From NCBI GenBank assembly GCA_963816145.1, contig CAWFJP010000029.1, positions 1 through 64,000 of the forward strand: DNA of 64,000 bases, in the 5' to 3' direction. This stretch comes from an uncultured delta proteobacterium. Its GTDB lineage: Bacteria; Desulfobacterota; Binatia; UBA9968. This document shows, piece by piece, positions 9,831-20,344 of this stretch. Each line of letters starts with the position of its first letter. Within the stretch, counting starts at the first letter, position 1. The notes beneath the pieces were generated by a model that worked only from the letters and a program-made list of their open reading frames with translations, searched no databases and had not been told where the DNA came from. Position numbers and translations under genes: made by a program.

Positions 9831-10814
9831 TCACACCCTGAACGTGCGCTGCGTGCTGTCGGGGAACAGGGTTTCGAGCGCCATCGGCTGCGGGATCAGT
9901 CCTTGCTCGTGCATGTAGCGCACGAACGTCTCGAGCGTGTGGCGATTGCTCTCAAGTCCGTAGGGCCAGAAGTCCTCGCCCATCAGGTCCATGGTCTGGT
10001 AGGCGTGCTCGACCAGGAACGGTAGACTGAGCGGCAGCGCGCTGGTCTGGGTCAGGTCGGCCATCGCCAGATCTTTGGCTTCCGAGAACGCCTTGAACAG
10101 TGTGAACGCCACCCAGGGGTTGGCGTCGAGAATCTCTTTCTTGACCACCAGGGTGTGCATGATGGGAAAAATCCCGGTGCGGCGGAAATAGTCGCGCTCG
10201 ACCTCGAACGGCTGCTCGAAGAGCCGCCGCACCGTTTTATTACCTCGGCGAAAGGTCGAGGGCGTCCTGGCGGTGACCAGCGCGTCGATCTCTCCACTCT
10301 CGAGCATTTGCGCCAGCGAGCGGTCGGCGGGCGCGAAGCCGACTCTGACTCCCGGCGGCTCGGCGGGCTCGAATGGCAGGCGACCGGGCTCCTCGAGCCC
10401 GCCTTGCACCCATTCAACGTCGGCCGCGCGCACGCCGTAGTCGTCTGCGAGGATGCCGCGCGCCCACACCGCGGCGGTCATCTGGTACTCGGGCACGCCG
10501 ACGCGCTTGCCGCGAAGGTCCTGCGGTCTGTGGACGCCCGAGCCGTCATAGACGAAGATGCACGACTGGCGGAAAAAGCGCGACGGAAAAACCGGGATGG
10601 CGACGAGGTCGTCGGCGCCGCGACCGCGGCGCACAACATAGCCGCCGAGCGAGAACTCCGAGGCGTCGAACTCACGGTGCTGAGCCATGCGCCAGAAGAT
10701 TTCCTCGACGCGCAGCATGATGTAGGTCAAGTCGATGCCCTCTGCCCGGACCCGACCGTCACGGAGCGCCTCCGTCCGATCATAGTGGCCCGCGGCCAGC
10801 GTCAAGCGCAGCAT
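9831..10814 (-). CDS. 4,5-dihydroxyphthalate decarboxylase-like protein (SBP fold)
   Basis: YDRTEAL.DG, EIFWRM, PVFPSRFFR, GVPEYQMTA, GIFPIMH, WPYG. Confidence 0.8.
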   Translation of the reverse strand: MLRLTLAAGHYDRTEALRDGRVRAEGIDLTYIMLRVEEIFWRMAQHREFDASEFSLGGYVVRRGRGADDLVAIPVFPSRFFRQSCIFVYDGSGVHRPQDLRGKRVGVPEYQMTAAVWARGILADDYGVRAADVEWVQGGLEEPGRLPFEPAEPPGVRVGFAPADRSLAQMLESGEIDALVTARTPSTFRRGNKTVRRLFEQPFEVERDYFRRTGIFPIMHTLVVKKEILDANPWVAFTLFKAFSEAKDLAMADLTQTSALPLSLPFLVEHAYQTMDLMGEDFWPYGLESNRHTLETFVRYMHEQGLIPQPMALETLFPDSTQRTFRV

Positions 10815-11049
10815 AGCTTCCTCCGGGTGCGGATGTTCTGTCAGCTGTCAGACTTGTCTAACTCTACTAACGTTGGATGTGGCAAAATGATGCCGTGCCA
10901 TGCGCGGGTATATGCCGAAAGACTGCTCTAGACGTGATCGCCCGTAGCAATGACCGGGAGAAGTACGAGTCGGTCAAACTGTCGCGCAGCCCACTGTTCG
11001 TGAAACCGGGGCTCGCTCAATTCGACCCCGTTGTCCGCCCGAGCGAAAA

Positions 11050-12075
11050 TTACGCGGCGACTGTTTCGCGCTGCGCGCCCTTGGCGAGCCGCGCCATCAT
11101 CGCTGTGGCATTGCGGTGCATGATCTGCGCGCGGGCTTCCTCGCCGATCTGCGCGTCTGCGAGCGCTTTGCTGGTCCACTCGCAGCCGAATTCGGTTCCG
11201 TCGGTGCCGCAGACGATGCGCTCGGCGCCGTACAAGCTCACCGCCGCCTCGATGGCGCGCGCGCCGAACGAGTTGCAATCAACGAACACTTTGGCGCGGC
11301 GGAAGCGCGACGACGGCAGTTCTTCATTCGGCGTGTCCAGTAGTTGGCGGTGATCCATGCGCTCGATCTCGTACGGAATATTGCCGCCGAGATTGTGCAC
11401 CAGGACCGTGGCATCGCTGTACGGCGCGAGGTAGTCGGTCATGCACAGCGTTACCATCACCGAGGACAGGCTCGCCTGCATGTCGAGCGTGCCGTTGCGG
11501 CGGCGCGCGTTGTCGGTGTCGCCGGCGACCTTGGGAAACGTGTCGCCGGGCCGCGGCCCGTGGTGGATGAAAACGATCGCTCGGTGCCGATTCGCCACCT
11601 CCAACAGCGGGCGCATGTTCTCGGCGTCCTTCTTGGTCAGAAAACCGTTTCCCGGCACTTGCGCGCCGACCACGCCCGGCAGCGCCAGCGCGCGCTCGAA
11701 CTCGGCGGCGGCGGCAGACATATCCACCAGCGGCAGCGCGGCGAACGCGCTGAAGCGCCCCGGGTGTTTCTGGCAAATCCCCGACAGGGCGTCGTTGACC
11801 ATCTGACACAGCGGCAGCGAAACCTCGACCGGTTGCGACTCAATCCAGCAGAAGGCGCCGAGCAGCGACAACACGCTGGTGCTCACGTCCTGGCGAGCCA
11901 TCCTGGCGAGATGGAATTCGACGTCATCGAAGGCCTTGGACACCGGCTCCTCGCCGATCCGGCTCTTCACCACTTCTACGCCGTCCGGATTGCGCACGAT
12001 GCGCGGTTCCTTGGTGCGGGCGCGCAGGGCGTCGATCAGTTCGGCCGGTCTCCAATGGGCATGCATGTCGATCAT
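11050..12075 (-). CDS. Amidohydrolase family 2 (ACMSD/LigW-like)
   Basis: IDMHAH, FSAFAALP, FIHH, HNLGG, GTD. Confidence 0.85.
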   Translation of the reverse strand: MIDMHAHWRPAELIDALRARTKEPRIVRNPDGVEVVKSRIGEEPVSKAFDDVEFHLARMARQDVSTSVLSLLGAFCWIESQPVEVSLPLCQMVNDALSGICQKHPGRFSAFAALPLVDMSAAAAEFERALALPGVVGAQVPGNGFLTKKDAENMRPLLEVANRHRAIVFIHHGPRPGDTFPKVAGDTDNARRRNGTLDMQASLSSVMVTLCMTDYLAPYSDATVLVHNLGGNIPYEIERMDHRQLLDTPNEELPSSRFRRAKVFVDCNSFGARAIEAAVSLYGAERIVCGTDGTEFGCEWTSKALADAQIGEEARAQIMHRNATAMMARLAKGAQRETVAA

Positions 12076-12190
12076 GGCTAGCTCCTTTGCTTATCGTTGA
12101 ACGGATTGACCGCGAAAGTCCCAGCCTGTGCCAGGGCGTTTGCCATCTATGGTGCAATCTATTTCAACCGCTATAGTGAAGCAAGCGCTT

Positions 12191-12325
12191 GGTAGTGGTT
12201 CAGTTAGATAGAGATCTCTCACTTCGTTCGAGATGACAGGGCGACTATTCTGCTGTCATTTCGAGCGAAGCGAGAAATCTTTCTCAGATTGAAAACGTCC
12301 GCCCGACTCAAACTGAACCACTACC
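12191..12325. mobile_element. 135-bp MITE with GGTAGTGGTTCAGTT terminal inverted repeats and an 8-bp flanking repeat, carrying a GTCAT REP pair
   Basis: TIR ggtagtggttcagtt / aactgaaccactacc; aagcgctt on both sides (12183-12190, 12326-12333). Confidence 0.75.
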
Positions 12326-12556
12326 AAGCGCTTTCTCGCGCCCGGGATGCTGGGCCTGGGTTTAAATTGTGGCTTATCCGAACGGATTCCAGTTCCGGAA
12401 TTTACATCCAAACTTTGTTTAGGAATCTTCATCGTGCGGCTAACCGGCTGATTGTTTCTCGCGAGGTAGTATGGACTCTAATTCCGTATTTGTCGGGCGG
12501 TTCGGAACTCGTGTCGTGCAGGCCGCGGGGTCTGCTAGTCTAGGAAAGTCAATTAA

Positions 12557-12786
12557 TGTCGCTTTCGGGGACGGTTGAAATCCCTCGCCTTGAGGCGAAG
12601 AGAGGGTTTGTCATGCCGGCGCAGGCCGGCATCCATCTTCGCGCGCGCTGCAAGTCCCAAACGAAACCTGGATTCCGGCCCCGGATCAGGTCCGGGGCAG
12701 GCTCTACGCCGGAATGACGACCCCGAAGAGTCGACTTCCAGTCGACAAAATTACAACCCCTCGGTTTAAAGCCGATGGTTGTTCAG
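12557..12786. repeat. Non-coding element with two IS200/IS605-like end hairpins and an internal GTCAT REP
   Basis: aatccctcgccttgaggcgaagagag and acaacccctcggtttaaagccgatggttgttcag; internal gtcatgccggcgcaggccggcatcc...cgccggaatgac. Confidence 0.5.
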
Positions 12787-12852
12787 TAAGTTGCAAGGCG
12801 ACTTGACCCTATTATGTTTTTTGCTATCGACATAGACGGGGAGGGCTGATCG

Positions 12853-13707
12853 ATGCCGCTGAACATGCAAGCTTTGTCGGACAAGTTCGGTGTCGCCATC
12901 ACGGGCGTAGACTTGTCAAAAGAGCTGGATGAAAAACTCTTCAATGAGATTGTCGATGTCTTCGTCAAGAAGCAGGTGGTGGTTTTCCGCGATCAACAGA
13001 TCGAGCCGCAACATCAACTTGCTTTCAGCCGAAGGTTCGGGCCGCTCGAAATGTTGTTCGACGAGGACCAGCGGGTGCCGGGCTTTCCGGAAGTTGCCAT
13101 CCTCTCCAATGAGAAGGTCGACGGTAAATTCATCGGCGTCGTCGCGGCCGGTGATTTCTGGCATTCGGACCAGTCCTACAGAAAACAGCCCTCGCTCGCG
13201 ACCATGCTCTACGCCCATAAGCTACCCAGGCACGGCGGCGATACGGAATTCGCCGACATGCATGGCGCCTATGAAAGCCTGCCCGATGAGATCAAAAAGC
13301 GCATCGAGGGGCGCATGGGTATTCACCAGCGCAGCAAGCTGGGCAATCCCCGCGTCGCGGTGACCCGGGAAGGCGGCGAGGAATATTACAAAAGGCAGGC
13401 AACTAAGAATGTGCTCCATCCGATTGTCCGAACCCATCCGGTATCGGGTCGCAAGGGTCTTTATGTCTCGCCGCGTTTTACCGTCGGCATAGAGGGCATG
13501 GACGACACCGAGGCGCAGCCGCTGCTCGACACGCTATTTGCCTACCAGACGGCACCGGGAAACGTGTATCGTCATAAATGGACCCTGGGCGAATTTGTGA
13601 TCTGGGATAATCGCAGCGTCAATCACCAGGCCTGCGGCGGATATGCGATGGACGATATTCGCTTGCTTCATCGCACATCGACGATCGGCGACCAGCCATT
13701 CGCGTAA
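12853..13707 (+). CDS. TauD/TfdA family Fe(II)/2-oxoglutarate dioxygenase
   Basis: WHSD, GGDTEFAD, HPIVRTHP, WDNRSVNH, LHRT. Confidence 0.92.
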   Translation: MPLNMQALSDKFGVAITGVDLSKELDEKLFNEIVDVFVKKQVVVFRDQQIEPQHQLAFSRRFGPLEMLFDEDQRVPGFPEVAILSNEKVDGKFIGVVAAGDFWHSDQSYRKQPSLATMLYAHKLPRHGGDTEFADMHGAYESLPDEIKKRIEGRMGIHQRSKLGNPRVAVTREGGEEYYKRQATKNVLHPIVRTHPVSGRKGLYVSPRFTVGIEGMDDTEAQPLLDTLFAYQTAPGNVYRHKWTLGEFVIWDNRSVNHQACGGYAMDDIRLLHRTSTIGDQPFA

Positions 13708-13890
13708 CTCAGTGACCGTCGGGAGAATGATCACCGGCGAATGCCAGCGACGCAGGAATGCCTTCAGCGCTGTGATCGGCAAATTCGGCCAGTAGCTCAT
13801 TCCCACGTCATCTGCTTAAAGACTAACTTATCCAACTGTTGTGACGTAAACGTGTCACCCTTTGCGGTTCTCGCGCAGAGACGACGTTGA

Positions 13891-14310
13891 CTATCGATAT
13901 GCGTCGATCCAACTCAATTCGATCGCAGGCTGGCTCCCCTCGAAGATCTCCATCGGCAATTCGATGTCCATCGACTTCGGCGTTGGTTGGAATTTGTCAT
14001 GCCGTACGGAAAGGTCTCGTTGCCCGTGACCGCGGACGATGAATTGCTCCAAGCTAACGAAGGCGCGGCCATCGGGATAACGAAAACTGACAATTGTTTT
14101 CGCCGGCCAATTGCCGTCGTTAACTCGGATGGTCGCCGCGCCGATTCCCGACAGGCTGATAACGATAAAGATTGTCGCGTCGCCCCGCGCCGATACTTGA
14201 ATCGAGTCTTCGGACTTGCGGGTGATAATCTCGTAGCTGGCGGTCGTAGCCGAATAGCCAACGCAACCGCTGAATAGTATCGCCAGTTGGAAGATGCCCA
14301 GGATGCGCAT
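13891..14310 (-). CDS. Hypothetical lipoprotein
   Basis: MRILGIFQLAILFSGC lipobox-like N-terminus; ends WIDAYR. Confidence 0.55.
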   Translation of the reverse strand: MRILGIFQLAILFSGCVGYSATTASYEIITRKSEDSIQVSARGDATIFIVISLSGIGAATIRVNDGNWPAKTIVSFRYPDGRAFVSLEQFIVRGHGQRDLSVRHDKFQPTPKSMDIELPMEIFEGSQPAIELSWIDAYR

Positions 14311-14411
14311 GGAAGGTTTGCAGACTCCGACAAGCCGAAATATGACTCCACCGGTGATTGAATTAGGCCCAGGGATCCGGCAACGAACGGCCCAAGGGCT
14401 AATCAATTCGC

Positions 14412-15872
14412 TTAGGCACTTGCGGCCGGCGACGGCATCGTCAATCTCAACTCATCGGCCACTGTTTGCTCGACAACGGTGCCCTTGAAGAAGTTCGGGT
14501 TGTTACGCGTGTGCAGTTGCGCAGCATTGGCGAAGGTGAATTCGCGGAAATCCTGTTCGGTGACGAATTTCTTCTCGACCATCTCGAACGCTTCAGGAAT
14601 GACATTTGTGAAATCAGGCACATCGAAATGAGTAAAGTCGGAGCTGAAGACCGGCCGCAGGCGATAGCCCATACGGGGATCGAAGGCCCACATCGTCGTT
14701 CTGTCGTCGGACTCGCAACCGAAGTAGAAATTGCCGGAGAAGAGCCGCCGAATATCGTCTTTCGATTCGATACCTGCCGCGGCAAAATCGTCGGCGATAA
14801 ACTCCGGCCGCGCTAGTTCCTCGACGCTACATTCCGGCCGCAAGAAGTCCAGACTATTCATGATCGCGTCGGCATTGGCTTTCAGCCTGGCATCGCCATA
14901 CTTGGCGATAAATTCATGCATCTCGGCGATGTTGGTGGCCTTGGGGTTTTGTAAGCCGGCGGGGCGGCGCTTTTCCCAGTGTTCGATCAGATCGGCGCAT
15001 AGCTGACAGGCCCAGCTGACGCCGCCTTCCATGAAACCGAAATTGAGAGTCGGGTAACGTCGCACCAGCCCGCCGAGGAAAACGCCCCGGGCGAAAGCGT
15101 GGTTCGATGCGGCGAAGTGGCCGATATGGTTGTAGGTGAAGTTGCTGATGGAGCCACGATCCGGCCAGCGGCCGCTGCCCGAGTGTTGGGTTACGGCGAC
15201 GCCGAGTTCGACGCAGCGCTGCCAAAATGGATCGTAATTAAACGGGCTGTCCAAGGCGATGTTATCGCAGTACCAGGGGGCTTTCTTGGCATCTATGCCT
15301 TCCGCCGCGCTGGGGATCGGCCGCTCCTGGTTTCCTTTGAGCATGATCGCTCGGTAGCCCAGCTTGTCGACCGCGTAGACGAGTTCGTCAACGGCTTCTT
15401 CCGGTGTGTGGCAGGGAATGATCGCGACCGGCGCAAACCTTGCGGAGTAGGGCGCGAACATGTCAGCCGTCATCCGGTTGTAGGCGCGGGCCGCGGCGCA
15501 GCGCAGGTCATTCTCGCCGATACCGTTGAGGGCGAGTCCAAGGCTCGGATAGATCAGCGCGAAGTCGATACCCAGCTCAGGCAGCCGCTCGTTCAGCAAG
15601 GCCGGCAGCAGCGCGGTGGCCTTGTCGAGGGTATTGCTCGTGACGCCCCACCAGTTGCTGCGCCGGGTGCGACTTTGCTGGCGCTGTTCCCACGTTGCGC
15701 GGTACCAGGCGTGATTGCGCTGCCAGAGCGCTCTGACCTGGTCGACAGATTTAGCGCCGCCCACTTCGCACAAGTACTCAAGGAAGACCGGCACCGGTTC
15801 CAACCAGTGGCCGTCACCATCGATCACTGGGTGTTTCAGGCTGTCGTGTATCTCTGCGGCGCGATTCTTCAT
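14412..15872 (-). CDS. Amidohydrolase family protein (paralog of 23158-24609)
   Basis: PVIDGDGH, YDPFWQRC, FMEGG, YFGCESDD, FSSDFTHFDV; RBS AAAGGAG. Confidence 0.88.
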   Translation of the reverse strand: MKNRAAEIHDSLKHPVIDGDGHWLEPVPVFLEYLCEVGGAKSVDQVRALWQRNHAWYRATWEQRQQSRTRRSNWWGVTSNTLDKATALLPALLNERLPELGIDFALIYPSLGLALNGIGENDLRCAAARAYNRMTADMFAPYSARFAPVAIIPCHTPEEAVDELVYAVDKLGYRAIMLKGNQERPIPSAAEGIDAKKAPWYCDNIALDSPFNYDPFWQRCVELGVAVTQHSGSGRWPDRGSISNFTYNHIGHFAASNHAFARGVFLGGLVRRYPTLNFGFMEGGVSWACQLCADLIEHWEKRRPAGLQNPKATNIAEMHEFIAKYGDARLKANADAIMNSLDFLRPECSVEELARPEFIADDFAAAGIESKDDIRRLFSGNFYFGCESDDRTTMWAFDPRMGYRLRPVFSSDFTHFDVPDFTNVIPEAFEMVEKKFVTEQDFREFTFANAAQLHTRNNPNFFKGTVVEQTVADELRLTMPSPAASA

Positions 15873-15886
15873 AGTAACGGCTCCTT

Positions 15887-16363
15887 TCAAATGCACGGAT
15901 GGGGGTGCAGAGGATCGACCCAGTAGACCTGCTCCGGCGGCTCGGCGGGCTCGATATCCAGGTTGATGACGATGGGGTCTTGACCGCTGCGCACGAGTAC
16001 GCAACTGAGAACCTCGGTCTTGCTCGCGTTGATCTCTTGATGGGGCACGAACGGCGGGACGAATATGAAATCGCCGCGTCCTGCCTCCGCAACAAACTCC
16101 AGGTGTTCGCCCCAGCGCATACGCGCCCGGCCGTCGACAACATAGATAACACTTTCTAATTCTCCATGATGGTGCGCCGCCGTTTTGGCGTTGGCATCAA
16201 TATTCACGGTGCCTGCCCAAATTTTGCCGGCCCCCGTCCGGGCATGGGTGATTGCCGCCGCTCTCGTCATACCGGGGGTTTGCGGTGTATTGAGATCGAG
16301 TTGCGAGCTCGGAACGATCTTGACTCCGTGCTCACGCCAATTGGGCGGTGACTCAGAATTCAT
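15887..16363 (-). CDS. Cupin domain protein
   Basis: HHHGELES, GDFIFVPPFVPHQEIN. Confidence 0.88.
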   Translation of the reverse strand: MNSESPPNWREHGVKIVPSSQLDLNTPQTPGMTRAAAITHARTGAGKIWAGTVNIDANAKTAAHHHGELESVIYVVDGRARMRWGEHLEFVAEAGRGDFIFVPPFVPHQEINASKTEVLSCVLVRSGQDPIVINLDIEPAEPPEQVYWVDPLHPHPCI

Positions 16364-16415
16364 TCCATCCTCCTGAAATATTCGGCTAACATCTGCCTAG
16401 GGTTCTGGCGCGTTC

Positions 16416-17426
16416 CTATCGCCCGCCAAAGATCTCGTGGAACAACTTGGCGTAGCGCTCGAAATTGTCCAGGACCTCGGCTGGAGCGAAGGCGGGCTTG
16501 ATGTTCTCGATGAGCCGGGCTTGATCCGGCGGTGTGTCGATCCGGTCCGGAATGCGATTCATGCCGCGGATCACTTCCTGGCCGCGCTTGGAAAGCACGA
16601 AGTCGATGAACAAGCGCGCCGCGTTGGGATGCGGCGCCTTGGCGGCGATACCCGTGGGATGAATGTTGGCAAAGACTGGATTCAAATAGACCCAATCCAC
16701 CGGCGCACCGGCGGGCTTCAAAACCTCGAAGGTTTGCGAGTAGCCGCTAAGCGCGCCTTTGAACTCTCCGGCGGCGACCAGCTGCGCGAGCAGATTACGG
16801 CCCGAGCGCAGTTCAGTCTGCTTGGCCAGCTCACGCATATATGCCATGCCTTTTTCCTCGCCCATCGCTTTGAGCGTCGTGCCAAACCACTCATAGGCGC
16901 GGGCTTCGATCGTGATCTGGCCCTTCCACTCGGGCTTGAGCAAATCAGCGAAAGACTTCGGCACGCTGGTCTTGGCCACCGCCCGATTGTTGTAGCCGAA
17001 CGCGCCATAATTCGTATAAGTCGATGTCCAATTTGCCTGCGGGTCTTTATAACCGTCGCGGAAATATTTGCGCTCCGGCGAATCATAGGGTGAAAACAGT
17101 CCGCGTTTTTTGATCGCGTTGCCGTAGAAGCTGGTCGTGACGATCACGTCGCATAGATTTTGCCCGGCGCGATTTTCGCTGACGAAACGCTCCATCAGCG
17201 CCGCGTCGTTGCTGCGGTAGTAGGCGGCATCGATCTTCGGATAAGCCTGCTTGAACGCATCGAGCAAAGTTTTCGAGTCGGCGGCGGTGAAAGTCGCGTA
17301 CATCATCAGCTTACCTTCGGTCTCGGCCTTCGCTTTCAGATCCTGTGCATTCGCCGGCAAGCTAGCAAGCCAGAATCCAGCGCCAATCGCGAAAAACAGC
17401 GTTGTGACAATACGAAATCTGTCCAT
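16416..17426 (-). CDS. Extracellular solute-binding protein (Fe3+/thiamine-like cluster; paralog of 26084-27103)
   Basis: Signal peptide; AETEGKL, DLLKPEWKG, APHPNAARLFIDF. Confidence 0.85.
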   Translation of the reverse strand: MDRFRIVTTLFFAIGAGFWLASLPANAQDLKAKAETEGKLMMYATFTAADSKTLLDAFKQAYPKIDAAYYRSNDAALMERFVSENRAGQNLCDVIVTTSFYGNAIKKRGLFSPYDSPERKYFRDGYKDPQANWTSTYTNYGAFGYNNRAVAKTSVPKSFADLLKPEWKGQITIEARAYEWFGTTLKAMGEEKGMAYMRELAKQTELRSGRNLLAQLVAAGEFKGALSGYSQTFEVLKPAGAPVDWVYLNPVFANIHPTGIAAKAPHPNAARLFIDFVLSKRGQEVIRGMNRIPDRIDTPPDQARLIENIKPAFAPAEVLDNFERYAKLFHEIFGGR

Positions 17427-17695
17427 GATTCCATTACTCCAAAGTTGGTGCTCGGGTCTTTACTTTTGTGGTTTATCCTTCGTTGCCAAGATTTGGCTTA
17501 TGGCCGGATAGTGTACTCCAAAAATCTCGCCGGCAACACAAATTGCGAGTTGGCCAAATAGTCAGGTATCACGAATGGGGCGCTTGACGTTATCGCCCTA
17601 TCGAGAAAAGGCGCTTTGTAGGAAATCGACAAAGAGGATACTCTGGCGAAGAATCTGTCTGGATTGAAAAAAGGTAAGGAACAGAAAACCAATCA

Positions 17696-19639
17696 ATGTG
17701 CGGAATTTTCGGCGTTCTGCAGCATGAATCTGACCGCATACCAGATGAGCGCCGTGTCGAAGCATCGGCCGCTCTGATGCATCATCGCGGGCCCGATCAC
17801 CAAGAGATATATCTGGGTGAGGGAATTGGTCTCGCTCACACCCGGCTTTCACTGCTCGACCTCCAACCGCGCAGCAATCAGCCCTTTTGGGATCGCCGGG
17901 GTCGATACTGTCTCGTCTACAACGGAGAAATCTACAATTATCGAGATCTGCGTAACGAGCTTGAAGAACGAGGGATCGAGTTCAGGACCACCAGCGACAC
18001 CGAAGTTCTCCTTGAATCCTTGATCCAGCATGATGTTGAGGCCGTTCTTCCGAGACTGGAAGGGATGTTTGCGTTCGCTCTCTACGACAGTCACGAGCGC
18101 GTGCTGACAATCGCGCGGGATCGCTTTGGCATCAAGCCCCTTTTCGTCTACGATCAGCAGGATTCATTTATCTTTGCATCGGAGATTGCGGCCATTCGTC
18201 CATGGATCAGGCTCGAGGCGGATCTATTATCGATCTCGTCTTACCTGCAGGACCCTACTGGCCAACAAGGATCGGCAAACGGTTTTTCTTTTTTCAAACA
18301 TATAAAGATTCTAGCGCCGGGTACCCTGGCTACCGTGCGGCGCGGCAGTCGGGCTCACTACAGCCGTTTCTTTTCTTTGGGCGACTTCTGGAATGCTGCA
18401 GAAGGCGAGCGCCTGGAGCGCCTAAAACCGACCCAAGTGGTAGATGAAGTCGAGGAAAAGCTGCTGAAAAGTGTCAAGATGCAGCTCGTGGCAGATGCGC
18501 CTGTAGGAGCGCTCTGCAGCGGGGGCGTGGATTCTTCGATCATCGTCGCCATGGCCTCGCGGTTTCACAGTGGTCTCGCGATTTTTCATGCTGATGTGAT
18601 CGGGCCTGATAGCGAACAGAGTGCTGCCGCTGCCCTTGCGAAACATTTGAGACTTGAACTGAAAACAGTAAAGGTGGTTGACCGCGATGCCGTCGAGATG
18701 ATGCCTGAAGTGATGGCGCATTACGGATATCCTTTTACACTCCACCCCCACGCGGTGCCATTCCTGATGGTGTCCCAATTGGCGCGAAGCAACGGTGTCA
18801 AGGCGGTCCTTACGGGAGAGGGATCGGATGAATGCTATATCGGCTATCCTTCGACCATCGTCGGCTTGCGAGATTTCATGGTCCGATTGCCCCTACGGAC
18901 CTACCATTCATTTCCGCGATTGATCCGACTGCTGTTGCGAGGTCAGTATCGCGGTCTGATCAGCGAAATCAGGGCTCTTAGTCCGAAACCCGATGATGTT
19001 TATAAGCCCACGGCATACGTGTCCGTGCCCTCACTGCAAAATCGGTTTGATAGGGAACTGGAGTACGATGAAATCCGCAGTCATATCCAACGCATCACCG
19101 GCGAACCTGTGGATTACAAGGAAATGACCTCCATGGAGCGAATGAGCTATCTCCTTCGTACGCTACTGCACCGAAACGACTGTCTCGGGATGGCTGCGAG
19201 CATCGAGTCACGGTTCCCGTTTCTCGACAGCCGTCTCGTGAAATTGGCCATCAATCTGCCGTATCGTTACAAAGTACGATTCTCCCCGCGGGTACTAGAG
19301 CGGGAACATCCGTTTTTACGAGACAAATGGGTGCTCCGGAAAGTCGCGGACCGTTATCTACCGGCCTTGTTGTCGCAAAGAAAGAAGCGCGGATTTCCGA
19401 CAAGCGCGCAAAGTCGCATGGATATACCGACTGAGTTTTTTGAAAAATCGTTTGTTGCCGATCTGTTTGACCTCGATCGGCGGGCGATCGAATATTTGAT
19501 TGAGCATGCAGACAGGGGGCTGAAAAGGAGGCTTCTCCATCTCGAAGTTTGGGCACATGTGTGCCTGCATGACGCGCCGCGGACCGAGATTCTTGCAAAA
19601 CTGAGGAATCACATTACGGTCCGGCCAGAACTTCGTTAG
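17696..19639 (+). CDS. asnB: Asparagine synthase (glutamine-hydrolysing) family amidotransferase
   Basis: MCGI, HRGPD, NGEIYN, SDTEV, RDRFGIKPL, SGGVDSS, GEGSDE, ESRFPFLD. Confidence 0.9.
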   Translation: MCGIFGVLQHESDRIPDERRVEASAALMHHRGPDHQEIYLGEGIGLAHTRLSLLDLQPRSNQPFWDRRGRYCLVYNGEIYNYRDLRNELEERGIEFRTTSDTEVLLESLIQHDVEAVLPRLEGMFAFALYDSHERVLTIARDRFGIKPLFVYDQQDSFIFASEIAAIRPWIRLEADLLSISSYLQDPTGQQGSANGFSFFKHIKILAPGTLATVRRGSRAHYSRFFSLGDFWNAAEGERLERLKPTQVVDEVEEKLLKSVKMQLVADAPVGALCSGGVDSSIIVAMASRFHSGLAIFHADVIGPDSEQSAAAALAKHLRLELKTVKVVDRDAVEMMPEVMAHYGYPFTLHPHAVPFLMVSQLARSNGVKAVLTGEGSDECYIGYPSTIVGLRDFMVRLPLRTYHSFPRLIRLLLRGQYRGLISEIRALSPKPDDVYKPTAYVSVPSLQNRFDRELEYDEIRSHIQRITGEPVDYKEMTSMERMSYLLRTLLHRNDCLGMAASIESRFPFLDSRLVKLAINLPYRYKVRFSPRVLEREHPFLRDKWVLRKVADRYLPALLSQRKKRGFPTSAQSRMDIPTEFFEKSFVADLFDLDRRAIEYLIEHADRGLKRRLLHLEVWAHVCLHDAPRTEILAKLRNHITVRPELR

Positions 19640-19657
19640 AGGGGTGGTATTGGCGGT

Positions 19658-19830
19658 GTCTTCGAGCCAACGACGATCGGCGAACGTGATCCGGAAATGA
19701 TGCAAGACTTGCCCGGCAATGAGAAACGCTTCATCGAAAAAGCGATCGGTGTCGGTAGGACTCTGGTCAATGGCGAAGCGCTGATCAACAAAGGCGAGCA
19801 TGCCGGGGCGTTGTCTGAAAGTGCCTTGGG
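19658..19830 (+). pseudogene. 3' remnant of an N-acyl-D-amino-acid deacylase-like gene
   Basis: Manual translation VFEPTTIGERDPEMMQDLPGNEKRFIEKAIGVGRTLVNGEALINKGEHAGAL resembles the D-aminoacylase C-terminus (DLPG..R...TLVNG...G.H.GALPG). Confidence 0.6.
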
Positions 19831-19873
19831 CGGCGCCAAGAGGAAGCGAACAGGGAAGAGACCGGGGTCAGTC

Positions 19874-19970
19874 TGAGTTAGCCCGGGATTGACGGACATC
19901 GAAAAAGGAGACAGGAAAGTCCCATGATGTGTTCGATGATCAAGCGCAAGAAGTACACGTCGGAGTTAAG
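19874..19970 (+). mobile_element. IS3-family left-end remnant
   Basis: TG-initiated tgagttagcccgggattgacggaca followed by MIKRKKYTSE (OrfA-like start), then truncated. Confidence 0.5.
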
Positions 19971-20344
19971 CCTTTTCCCGTAGCATCGCAAAAACCTCGG
20001 CGGTCTCGGCGTTAGGAAGTGGTTCATTGCTTGCGTGAATGGATTTTGCGTCCGCTAAAAAAATCTCACGTCTACGTTCATATTTTGAATTTCTTCAGCG
20101 AGATTCCCAAGAATATTCTTGCTTAGGCCAGCCAAATCGGCAGGTTTGCCCGCAGCAATGGATCCCTTTGTCATTTTCTTGAGGTGGGAAACTCGATCAT
20201 GGTCGGAAAATTGGATCAGACTTTTCTTTCCCAACTTTCTTTTTAGATTGTTGTAGCGTAAAAGTCGGAATCGGCGCTCTGGCCCCCTGCGTCATCTTCA
20301 CCGCACCGCGCCAGAGCTGAAACTCACCCCGGAAGAGGAAAACC

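Noticed and set aside
17696-19639. Lasso peptide cyclase cluster
   Set aside because: Intact N-terminal Cys glutaminase domain; no B1/B2 genes or precursor peptide
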